A stretch of 20,000 bases of DNA from Malacoraja senta (Eukaryota). The stretch lies in contig JAXLNO010000279.1 of the NCBI GenBank assembly GCA_038087875.1, positions 50,387 through 70,386 of the forward strand. The letters are read 5' to 3'. This document shows, piece after piece, positions 1 through 9,507 of this stretch (position 1 is the stretch's first letter; every line of letters begins with the position of its first letter). The position numbers and the translations under genes were made by a program. The notes beneath the pieces were generated by a model that was given only the letters and a program-made list of their open reading frames with translations, searched no databases and was not told the DNA's origin.

Positions 1-357
1 ACATCTGAGGGGTTTTGCAAGATTATTGCAATCAATTTAATGCATTTCACATCCCGGGGGGTTGCAATATCACTAATGCGACGCATTTGCTGCACTTAAC
101 GTTGCAGGATGGTGCAAAGTTATTCCAACGCGATGCATTTGTTGCATTTAACATTTTTGAGGAGTTCTGCAAGATTAGTGCAAAGCGATTTAATGCATTG
201 AACTTCCAAGCGGGGTTGGGGGGCAGGTTGCAATATTACTTGAATGCAACGTATTTGCTGCATTTAACGTTGCAGGAGGGTGCAAAGTTATTCCAATGCG
301 ATGCATTCGTTGCATTTAACAACATGCGATTTAATGCATTGAACTTCCAAGCGATTT
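1..357. repeat. Degenerate ~166-bp tandem repeat (about 2 copies plus partials)
   Basis: GTTGCAATAT...GCATTTGCTGCA.TTAACGTTGCAGGA.GGTGCAAAGTTATTCCAA.GCGATGCATT.GTTGCATTTAACA occurs at 61-153 and again from 227. GCGATTTAATGCATTGAACTTCCAAGCG also occurs twice. Confidence 0.8.
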
Positions 358-560
358 AAGATTCGAGATTCAAGAGAGTATATTGTCATGTGTCCCAGAT
401 AGGACAATGAAATTCTTGCTTTGCTTCAGCACAACAGAATATTGCAGGCATAAATAAATACAGATCAGTGTGTCCATATACCATTGAATATATATACACA
501 CACACATAAATAAGCAGATAAAGAGCAATGGGCTATTAATGTTCAGAGTTTGTTTGAAGT
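358..560 (-). mobile_element. 3' end/UTR of a non-LTR retrotransposon (Rex1/L2-group type)
   Basis: The minus strand ends ...GAATTTCATTGTCCTATCTGGGACACATGACAATATACTCTCTTGAATCTCGAATCTT, a ...ATGACAATA motif followed by a short (TTGAATC)-type repeat tail, typical of fish Rex1/L2-group LINE 3' ends (recollection). Confidence 0.55.
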
Positions 561-718
561 TGTGGGGAAGTAGCTATAGGGGGGTTGCACGTAAGGTCAC
601 TGGGTCATAGGGCTTGACTCACGGAGCCGCTCAATCCATTTAGAAGACAAACGTAACTTCCGGTATATGTTATTAATGCAAGAAACGCGTACTTTCCCAC
701 CTGTTAAAAACCGCCAAA

Positions 719-938
719 ATGTTGAATTTTTGCGCTGTAAATAATTGTGGAAATCGGGGTAACCGTGAGAGACATCTATCCTACTGCAGAATTCCAAAAG
801 TGAAACGAAATGAAGGTAAAGAGAAGCGAGAGCTAAAGGGACAACAACAGTTAAAGTGCTTGGCAAACATTGGCCATGCAGATATCAAATTGGAAAATAT
901 TGGGAATCATCACCTTTGCTCACTGCATTTCATCAACA
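719..938 (+). pseudogene. THAP zinc-finger first exon of a transposase (open reading frame, conserved Trp lost)
   Basis: MLNFCAVNNCGN...YCRIP...HLCSLHFIN fits the THAP C-x4-C...P...(W)...C-x2-H-F pattern. It is followed by a GTAAG donor at 939 (phase 1). The conserved Trp position reads TGC (Cys). Confidence 0.8.
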
Positions 939-1489
939 GTAAGGTATTATGTATGTTTTTCTTTATTCATTTGCTATCTAAAACGTTTCAGAAGTGATGA
1001 ATCTGGCTGTAAAATTGTAAAATCGCTCATGGTTCTGAAGTGGGTTTTTACATGCAAAAAGAAAATGCTTCTGAAGCTAAATTTATCATTAAAAAAATCT
1101 CCAGACTTACAAGTGGTGTGTGGAAAAGTAAGTTTTCTATCATTATGGTATTGAGATGTATATTTTGGCAAATAATAAAATGTTCTGACAGCTTAAACAC
1201 CCACTCCCTTCCAATAGGATATTGTCAATTTGCTGAGGTTGATTATGTCCAATTAACAGCTAACAAGTATGCCATTCCTTGGCTTGCATCTGAGTCAAAT
1301 GTAATTCAAAACCCATGTGCGGTTTGCCATTTTTTGAAGGATAAATTTTGCTTCAGAAGTGTTTTCGTTTTGTATGTAAAAACCCACTTGAGAACCATGG
1401 GCGTTTTTAAAATTTTAGAGCCAGATTTATCACTTGTGAAACTTTTTAGATACCAAAGGAATCAAGCAAAAACACAAATAATGCCTTAC

Positions 1490-1709
1490 TGTTGATGAAA
1501 TGCAGTGAGCAAACGTGTTAATTCCCAATATTTTCAATCTTGATATTTGCACGGCCAATGTCCGCCAATCACTTTAGCTACTGTTGTCCCTTCAGCTGTT
1601 GCTTCTATCTACCGTCATTTCTCCTCACTTATGGAATTCTGAAGTAGGATAAATGTCTCTCACGCTTACCCCGATTTCCATGATTATTTACAGCGCAAAC
1701 ATTGGCCAT
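1490..1709 (-). pseudogene. Second, inverted THAP exon with 5 in-frame stops (not in the ORF track)
   Basis: Manual translation gives MANVCAVNNHGNRGKRERHLSYFRIP*VRRNDGR*KQQLKGQQ*LK*LADIGRANIKIENIGN*HVCSLHFIN, then GTAAG. Start context is GCCGCCATGG. It differs from 719-938 at 33 of 220 positions (~85% identity) with no indels. Confidence 0.85.
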
Positions 1710-2249
1710 GGCGGCGGTTTTTAACGGGCCCACTACGCTGGAAACAATGGTAAGTGTTTACCTGAAGTTCATCGTATGTACTCCAGTTGGCGTAGCGTGG
1801 CAACAGTACGGGTCACGGGTCGTGACCTGACTGCCGTGCAACCTCCCTATAATAAAGTGGGGAATTTTATCTAGCAGGTGTGTGGTCGAGGTAACCTGAT
1901 TATAAGAGGGGGAAGGGGAAGACCCATCACTACACTCCCTGTAGGGGGATGGGAGCACTAGGACCCAGCAGAGACAGACCACGTGCTGTCTGCATGGTGG
2001 AGGTTGTGGGCCTGGTGCTGAGCCGGGAACTCTGGTGAGGTGATGGCTCTGGCCCGCTGGTGGCCGATGGAGAGACGAGGGAGGGTCGGCGGGCGGAGTC
2101 GCTGGTGGAGGCCCGTTGGGGGGGGGGCTGGAGTAGAGATACGGGCAGCAGCATCGGTGGTCGTGGTGACAGTGAAGGTCGGCGACAGTGGCCACGCCCG
2201 GGGAGGCGGTGAGAGTCGGCGTCTGCGGGCGGCAGTTTCGCTGGTCCGG

Positions 2250-2506
2250 GCCTCAGTTCTATCCGTACTGACTCCACATCTCCTAATTCTATGTCATCCC
2301 TCGTAAGGGACTGAATTTCATTCCTCACCAACAGAGCTACCCCACCCTCTCTGCCCACCTGTCTGTCTGTCTTTTCGAGCGTACGTATACCCCTGAATAT
2401 TCAGTTCCCAGCCCTGGTCCTCTTGCAGCCATGTCTCTAATTCCCATGACATTATACTTGCCAATTTCTAACGGAGCCTCAAGCTCATCCACTTTATTTC
2501 TCATAC
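2250..2506 (-). mobile_element. CR1 LINE ORF2 endonuclease fragment (diverged subfamily, frameshifted)
   Basis: Translates to MRNKVDELEAPLEIGKYNVMGI... and ...GGVALLVRNEIQSLTRDDIELGDVESVRIELR, homologous to IRNKVDEL...GGVALLVREDI...DVESVWVELR of the CR1 at 10.7-11.0 kb. Confidence 0.85.
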
Positions 2507-2590
2507 CAAGGGTGCGTACACTTGGAACAGCTATAAATTCAAAGACTTTCAAGGTCCAAAAATCCCATTTCCAAGGACCAAAATTCAGTA
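2507..2590 (+). mobile_element. Possible terminus of a DNA transposon/MITE
   Basis: CAAGGGTGCGTACAC...AATTCAAAGACTTTCAAGGTCC...TTTCCAAGGACC resembles the CAGGGT(T/G)CGTAC...TTCAAGGAC ends of fish non-autonomous DNA elements. No partner end was found. Confidence 0.35.
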
Positions 2591-3067
2591 AACATTGATG
2601 GTTTATCGGAGACTTGTACATAAATTGCTTGGTATTGGATGATTTGATTCTGTACCAAATAACAGCAAGTAAGAAGGTCGGCTGGTCGCCATCTCAGATT
2701 TGATTGAAAATCATATTTTGCACACCTCTGGTACAAAGAACACAGCAGAAAAATCAACTTTCAACTCATAGTTCCTTCGAAGTTATGAACCATTGATATA
2801 GCTCGAAAATTTGCCAAAGGCCCATTGCAATTTGGAGTTGAGACCTTGTTTTCTGTTGTGTTACAGGCACTGATTTTCAGGGAAATCTGAGAAGGTGATC
2901 AGTCAATCCATTAGTCCATGTTGCACAGAATGACACTAAACCACATAATAATTAATTACACACAAGATGGTTAACTTGTCTATATTCGCACTTCATTAGA
3001 GCAGTGATGGTCCATTTTCTCATCTCTTAGTTATTCAATCTGAAACCAAGATAATGGAAAACTGCTT

Positions 3068-3197
3068 TTCAACCAGTCCCTGCAAACCTGTACTGTCCCT
3101 AACTGCTTCAAAGTCTGCACCATTGTCCCTGTACCCAAAAAGACAAGGATTGCTGGTCTTAAAGATTACAGGCCTGTCGCACTGACCTCTAGTCATC
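3068..3197 (+). mobile_element. Rex1/Babar-type LINE reverse-transcriptase fragment
   Basis: Translates to [41 protein letters not shown], the VP-x-CFK...IVPVPKK...L(N)DYRPVALTS signature of the Rex1 RT N-terminus. Confidence 0.8.
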
Positions 3198-3271
3198 AGG
3201 CGTGAGACAGGAAAAAACTGAAAAAGGAGGAAGAGAGATTGGGGTCCTGAAAAATGTGGTAATTGCACTTT

Positions 3272-3612
3272 AAATGACACCATTTTCTTGCCTATTGACC
3301 CTAAATCTATACTGTAATTTATTGTAGCTGAAAATAACACACTTTACTTGCTTGTCACTTCTTAATTTACACACGAAATGTGTGATAATCATACCTTAAA
3401 ATGACCTTGCTTGTTTACACTTGTCATATTGCAAATATTTTATATTCCACCTACACCTCCTTGTAACATGATACCTGTTCCTTGCTTGTTTACTCTAATT
3501 AGAGAGAAGTACCCTTTACACAGGACATTTTTGATAATTATACCTTGAAATGACACCATTTGCTTGCTTTTTTACCCTTAATTTATACTGTAATGTTGTT
3601 AAATTATACCTT
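3272..3612. repeat. Degenerate AT-rich local duplications
   Basis: AAATGACACCATTT.CTTGC...ACCC.TAA.T.TATACTGTAAT occurs at ~3272 and ~3548. ATAAT.ATACCTT.AAATGAC and CTTGCTTGTTTAC recur. Confidence 0.55.
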
Positions 3613-3616
3613 ACAA

Positions 3617-3665
3617 CAGGGGCCTCCAAACATTTCTCCATGAGGGCCACATTATATATTTGGCA
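3617..3665 (+). mobile_element. hAT-like transposon terminus (orphan)
   Basis: CAGGGGCCTCCAAACATTT...GAGGGCCACAT resembles the CAGGGGTCTCCAAAC...AGGGCCACA left end of vertebrate hAT/Charlie-type MITEs. The other end was not located. Confidence 0.45.
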
Positions 3666-4129
3666 CATTTTTGCAGGCTGTAGAAAAACATAAAGAAATG
3701 TCAGTTTTATCAATTTAATGAACTCAAAAAAGAACTTAAGTAAAACAAATGGAAGAAATTCAAAACAAAACTTGTAGCCACCAATCAAGGTTAACCAACA
3801 AAATCATAATGTTTTATGCAACCACATTAATGGGAAGGATGGAAATGCTATTGTGATTTCAATATGTCATGGAAACCCTCAACTTGATAGCCTGGAGCAA
3901 ACTGAGGTGTAAGTTCCCGCGCTCCCAGTGTTGCAGTGCTCATTCTGTAGGTGCCGGAGTGTCAAACAGGGACGTCACTTCAGGTTTTGCTTGTTGGGGG
4001 GGAGGGGGGGGGGGAAGCTAGTCTCCCAGAGGGTCAAACAAGATTATAGCCTATCACTACATCCAGTGCATAACTAGTACAATAACACATATATTTAATT
4101 TAATAATAACAAAATATTGCACGGGTGCA

Positions 4130-4868
4130 CTGACACACTCACCCACTCACCTCCACACACTCACACATACCCACACACACTCACCCACACACTCATACAT
4201 ACCCACACAAACCCACACAAACACATACCCACACACACTCACACAAACCCACTTATGCCCATACACTCACACACTTACCCATTCCCACACACACCCGCAC
4301 ACACACACACCCACACTCCCTCACATACCCACACATACACGCACACCCCCCACACACAACCCCACTCATGCCTACACACACACACACACCCACTTACAGC
4401 CACTCCCACACACTCACCCACTCATGCCCACTTACCCACACACTTACCCACTCCCACACACACATCTCTAGACCCCCACACCCACACACACACACTCACT
4501 CCCACATACCCACACCGACAAATACCCACACACTCACATTCATCCCACACCCACATTCACTCGCCCACACACCCACACCGCCTCACCCACCTTCTCACAA
4601 ATTCCCACACCCACTCCCACCCACACACACACACACCGCCTCACCCACATACACACACACACACCCATACCCACACTCACGCACACTCCCACATACTCCC
4701 TCTCTCTCACGCACTCTCACCCACCCCACATTTCCTCACCCACACACACCTTCACCCACACACTGCCTCACACACTCACCCACACACTCCCTCACCCACA
4801 CACTCCCTTACACTCTCTCCCACACACTCCCTCACCCACACACTTACACTCACCAACACACTCACAAC
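4130..4868. repeat. Imperfect (CA)/(CACACC)-rich low-complexity tract
   Basis: Almost entirely C/A with CACACAC, CACCC and CACTC units. Confidence 0.95.
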
Positions 4869-4944
4869 ATCGACAAGTAGCCAAATGACCGAAACCTGAA
4901 ACGTTGCCCATATTTCCCCCAGCACTTTGTGCCTATCTTTGGCA

Positions 4945-5120
4945 GACACAAGGAACTGCAGATGCTGTTCATACACAAAAAGACACAGAGTGTTGGAGTA
5001 ACATAACAGGTCAGGCAGTATCTATGCTCAACGTGGATAGGGCCACGTTTCAGGTCTGCAGAAGAAGGGTCGTGACCAAAGAAACATCCCCTTTTCTCCA
5101 CAGATGCTGCCTGGCCTGAG
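4945..5120. mobile_element. Palindromic Penelope-like short repeat (degenerate)
   Basis: GAACTGCAGATG...GACACAGAGTGTTGGAGTAAC...GGTCAGGCAG.ATCT is the reverse complement of 15640-15725. It is followed by a forward half, GAAGAAGGGTCGTGACC...GAAAC...TTCTCCACAGATGCTGCCTG. Confidence 0.7.
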
Positions 5121-5161
5121 CCCCGACCCACCCCCTCATGAGGCACGTCCGGTTCAACCTG

Positions 5162-6003
5162 AGGGGGCAAAGGGGAGGCGAGAGGGGGTAAGGGGGGTGG
5201 GTGTGTGGGAGAGGTTGAGAGGGGAGGGGGTGAGGGGGAGCGGTGAGTATGGGAGGGGGTGAGTGGGGGGTTGGGTGAGTGGGGGTGTGGGTGGGGTTAA
5301 GGGGGAGTGGGGTTGAAGGGGTGAGGGGATGGGGAAGTGAGGGGGTTGAGGGGGGTGAGGGGTGAGGAGGGGATGGGGTGAGGGGGAAAGGGGGGTGAGG
5401 GGGTGAGTAGGGTGAAGGGGGGTGAGGAGGGTCGTTAGGGGGTGAGGAGCGGAGGGGAGATGCGGTGGGTTTGAAGGGGTGGGAAGGGTGGGTGAGGGGG
5501 TGAGTGGATGAGGAGGTGAGGGGCGGGGGTCGGGTGATGGGGCAGGGGGTCGAGAAGGGTTGAGCCAGGTGAAAGGGGGGTGAGTGGGTAAGGGGATGAA
5601 GGGGGATGAGGGTGGTGAGGGGGTCTGGGGGGTGAGATGGGGAGGTGGGTGAGCAATGAGGTGGGTGAGGGGGGAATAGGGGGGTGTGAGGGTGAACGGG
5701 GAGGGGTGAGGAGGGTGTGGAGCGATTTGAGGGGGATGAGGGAGGAGGTTGTGAGGGGGTAAAGGGGGTGAATGGGGTGAGGGGGCGAGAGGGCGTGTTG
5801 AGTGCCGTGAGGGATGATGGGTGCGGGAGGGGAGGGTGGGGGGTGAGAGGGGGTGAGGAGGTGTGTGAAAGGGGGTGGTGCGTAAGGATGGGTTAGGGGG
5901 GATGTGTGAGGGGGGGTGAGGGGAGTGGTTGGAGGGAGGCGTGTGAGGGGGGTGAGGGGTGGTGAGGAGGGCGTGTGAGGGGTGTGTGAGAGGGAGGGGG
6001 ATG
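5162..6003. repeat. G-rich (GGGGTGAG)-type low-complexity tract
   Basis: Dense G3-G6 runs separated by TGA/TG/A, giving high G-quadruplex potential. Confidence 0.95.
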
Positions 6004-6129
6004 AAGGCGTGGAGCGCCTCTAATATTGTGTATGTGGATGTCGTGGGCTGAAAGTGACGGGGAGAAGAGACAAGACAGCCCGGTAGTGGGGGAGGGTGGG
6101 GGTGGGGGTGGGGGGAGGGATCCATCATT

Positions 6130-6400
6130 GTGTCCGTCAGGCAGCAACTCTACTGCTGCGCATGCTTCACCCTCACCGCTGTCGTCATCACCGCGCGTGG
6201 AAGGCAGGCAGCGCGGCCGTGACGTCATTTCCAGGCTGAGGCCCTGCGCGCTCACTTCCGACTCGTCTCCCCCGGGTGGGTCCGCGCTCCCCCGTGCTAT
6301 GGTGAGCCGAGTGCCCGTGGTCCTCCAGGCGGGGTGAGCCGAGCGCCCGTGGTCCTCCAGGCCGGTCCTCCAGGCGGGCGGGCGGTGCTGGGGACAATCA
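6130..6400 (+). promoter_or_regulatory. CpG-rich promoter-like island with candidate first exon ending in ATG
   Basis: High CpG density. Contains TGCGCATGC (NRF1-like, 6157-6165), a perfect CRE TGACGTCA (6220-6227) and CACTTCCG (ETS/GABPA, 6253-6260). ATG at 6299-6301 is directly followed by donor-like GTGAGC. Confidence 0.55.
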
Positions 6401-6401
6401 G

Positions 6402-9048
6402 ACTCCAGGTGTGGTCTCACCAAGGCCCTGTACAACTGCAGTAGAACCTCCCTGCTCCTATACTCAAATCCTTTTGCTATGAAGGCTAACATACCATTCT
6501 CTTTCTTCACTGCTTGCTGCACCTGCATGGCTACTTTCAATGACTGGTGTACCATGACACCCAGTTCTCGTTGCATCTCCCCTTTTCCTAATCGGCCACC
6601 ATTCAGATAATAGTCTACTTTCCTGTTCTTGCCACCAAAGTGGATAACCTCACTTTTAACCACATTATACTGCATCTGCCATGCATTTGCCCACTCACCA
6701 AACCTATCCAAGTCACCTTGCAGCCTCCTAGCATCCTCCTCACAGCTAACACTGCCCCCCAACTTCGTGTCATCCGCAAACTTGGAGATGTTGCATTCAA
6801 TTCCCTCGTCCAAATCATTAATATATATTGTAAATAGCTGGGGTCCCAGCACTGAGCCTTGCGGTACCCCACTAGTCACTGCCTGCCATTCTGAAAAGGA
6901 CCCGTTTACTCCTACTCTTTGCTTCCTGTCTGCCAGACAGTTCTCTATCCACATCAATACTGAACCCCCAATACCGTGTGCTTTAAGTTTGCATACTAAT
7001 CTCTTATGTGGGATCTTGTCGAAAGCCTTCTGAAAGTCCAGATATAACACATCCACTGGTTTCTCCATTATCCACTAGTAGTTACATCCTCGAAAAATTC
7101 TATAAGATTCGTCAGACATGATTTACCTTTCATAAATCCATGCTGACTTTGTCCAATGATTTCACCACTTGCCAAATGTGCTGCTATCCCATCTTTAATA
7201 ACTGACTCTAGCAGTTTCCCCACTACCGATGTTGGACTAACTGCTCTGTAATTCCCCATTTTCTCTCTCCCTCCCTTTTTAAAAAGTGGGGTTACATTAG
7301 CTACCCTCCAATCCTCAGGAACTACTCCAGAATCTAAAGACTTTTGACAAATTATCACTAATGCATTCATTATTTCTGGGGCTACTTCCTTAAGCACTCT
7401 GGGATGCAGCCTATCTGGCTCTGGGGATTTATCGGCCTTTAATCCATTCAATTTACCTAACACCATTTCCCGACTAACCTGGATTTCACTCAGTTCCTCT
7501 ATCTCATTTGACCCCCCGGTCCCCTGCTATTTCCGGCAAATTATTTATGTCTTCCTTTGCGAAGACAGAACCAAAGTAGTTATTCAATTCAAAGTAGTCT
7601 GCCATGTCCTTGTTCCCCATGATCAATTCACCTGTTTCTGACTGCAAGGGACCTACATTTGTTTTAACTAATCTTTTTCTCTTCACATATCTATAAAAGC
7701 TTTTGCAGTCAGTTTTTATGTTCCCTGCCAGTTTTCTTTCATAATCTATTTTCCCTTTCCTAATTAAGCCCTTTGTCCCAAATCTGAGGAAGGACATTAT
7801 TGCCATAGAGGGAGTGTAGAGAAGGTTCACCAGACTGATTCCTGGGATGTCAGGACTGTCTTATGAAGAAAGACTGGATAGACTTGGTTTATACTCTCTA
7901 GAATTTAGGAGATTGAGAGGGGATCTTATAGAAACTTACAAAATTCTTGAGGGGTTGGACAGGCTAGATGCAGGAAGATTGCTCCCGATGTTGAGGAAGT
8001 CCAGGACAAGGGGTCACAGCTTAAGGATAAGGGGGAAATCCTTTAAAACCGAGATGAGAAGAACTTTTTTCACACAGAGAGTGGTGAATCTCTGGAACTC
8101 TCTGCCACAGAGGGTAGTCGAGGCCAGTTCATTGGCTATATTTAAGAGGGAGCTAGATGTGGCCCTTGTGGCTAAAGGGATCAGAGGGTATGGAGAGAAG
8201 GCAGGTACGGGATATTGAGTTGGATGATCAGCCATGATCATATTGAATGGCGGTGCAGGCTCGAAGGGCCGAATGGCCTACTCCTGCACCTAATTTCTAT
8301 GTTTCTATGTTTCTATGTCCTCCTCTGCTGGACTGAATTTCTCCCAGTATGCTTCATCTTTTGTTTTGATACTATCCCTGATTTCCCTTGTTATCCATGG
8401 ATGCATGACCTTCATTGATTTATTCTTTTGCCAAACTGGGATGAACAATTGTTGTAGTTCATCCATGCGGTCTTTAAATGCCTTCCATTGCATATCCACC
8501 GTCAGCCCTTTAAGAATGAATTGCCAGTCTATCTTGGCCAATTCACGTCTCATACCCTCAAAGTTACCTTTCTTTAAGTTCAGAACCCTTGTTTCTGAAT
8601 TAACAATGTCATTCTCCATCCTAATGAAGAACTCAACCATATTATGGTCACTCTTGCCAAGGGGCCACGCACAACAAGACATACATTCCAAGAAATCCTC
8701 TTCCTCAGCACCCCTGCCAATTTGATTCACCCAATCTATATGAGATTGAAGTCACCCATTATAACTGTTTTACCTTTGTTGCACGCATTTCTAATTTCCT
8801 GTTTGATGCCATCCCCAACTCCACTACTACTGTTAGGTGGCCTGTACACAACTCCCACTAGCGTTTTCTGCCCCTTAGTGTTTCGCAGCTCTACCCATAT
8901 CGATTCCACATCCTCCAAGCTAATGTCCTTCCTTTCTATTGCATTAATCTCCTCTCTAACCAGCAACGCTACCCAACCTCCTTTTCCTTTCTGTCTATCC
9001 CTCCTGAATATTGAATAACCCTGGATGTTCAGCTCCCAGCCTTGGTCA
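6402..9048 (-). mobile_element. CR1 LINE ORF2 copy (endonuclease + RT), truncated at both ends, interrupted at 7779-8318
   Basis: Minus-strand ORFs contain YLDFQKAFD, GVPQGSVLGP, KFADDTKL, SDHNMVEF and MGDFNL. The sequence is near-identical to the + copy at 10840-12850, with frameshifts and internal deletions near 8348 and 8680. Confidence 0.95.
7779..8318 (+). mobile_element. CR1 3' end (ORF2 C-terminus, 3' stem-loop, (TTCTATGT)n tail) nested in the minus-strand copy
   Basis: Encodes LSYEERLDRLGLYSLEFRRLRGDLIETYKI...FFTQRVVNLWNSLP, followed by the GGTGCAGG...CCTGCACC stem and a TTTCTATG x3 tail. TGTCC is duplicated at 7774-7778 and 8316-8320. Confidence 0.92.
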
Positions 9049-9055
9049 GCCTTGG

Positions 9056-9322
9056 TCTCACTCTCTCTCTCTCACTCTCTCTCTGTGTTTCTCCCTCTTT
9101 CTCACTCTCTGTCTCTCACTCTGTTTCTCTGTTTCTCTCTGTATCTCTCTCTCTCTCTCACGCTCTGTCTGTGTCACCCTGTCACTGACTGTCTGTCTGT
9201 CTCTCTCTCTCTCTTTCTGTATCTCTCTCTGTGTCTGTCTCTCCATCTCAATCTCAGACTCTCTGTCTCTCTCTGTCAGTTTATATGTCTCTCTCTCTCT
9301 CTCTGTCTCTCTCTCCCTCTCC

Positions 9323-9354
<32 letters not shown>

Positions 9355-9437
9355 TCCTCTCTCTCTCTCTGTCTCTCTCTGTGTCCCTCTCTCTCTCTCC
9401 CTCCCTCTCTCTCTCTCTGTCTCCATCTTTCTCTCAC
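9056..9437. repeat. (CT)/(CTGT) polypyrimidine tract ending in a CAG acceptor-like site
   Basis: About 380 bp of CT repeats, then CTCTCACCAG|G at 9440/9441. Confidence 0.95.
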
Positions 9438-9440
9438 CAG

Positions 9441-9500
9441 GGTCCGGATGTCGGCGCCGGTTCATCTTCATCTTCACGTCACCAAAGCTCCACGTCACCA
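9441..9500 (+). other. Candidate host exon abutting the CR1 5' end
   Basis: Unique CpG-containing sequence after a strong pyrimidine tract plus CAG. No convincing donor remains before the CR1 starts. Confidence 0.4.
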
Positions 9501-9507
9501 ACGTGGA

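Larger units (their letters stand above)
578..1848. mobile_element. Non-autonomous DNA transposon (PIF/Harbinger-ISL2EU group) with long internal inverted arms
   Basis: TIRs AGGGGGGTTGCACG (578-591) and CGTGCAACCTCCCT (1835-1848) match 13/14. AT flanks both sides (576-577, 1849-1850); the TA/TATA context makes the TSD length ambiguous. Subterminal GGTCA motifs are present. Arms ~703-1099 and ~1329-1725 are reverse complements. THAP exons lie in both arms and there is no DDE domain. Confidence 0.8.

Noticed and set aside
719..997. Functional host THAP gene (92-aa ORF)
   Set aside because: It lies inside TIRs, has a decayed mirror copy, lacks the conserved Trp, and the ORF tail is intron read-through past the donor at 939.
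1040..1495. 151-aa ORF in the transposon centre
   Set aside because: It has a non-ATG start, spans intron-like arms and spacer, and shows no recognisable motif.
4117..6128. Long His/Thr/Pro-rich ORFs (260, 170, 324 aa)
   Set aside because: They are translations of CA- and C-rich low-complexity DNA that lacks stop codons by composition.
5893..7068. 391-aa minus-strand ORF as an RT fusion gene
   Set aside because: It is a CR1 RT fragment reading through its truncation point into GC-rich flank, with no own start or supporting structure.
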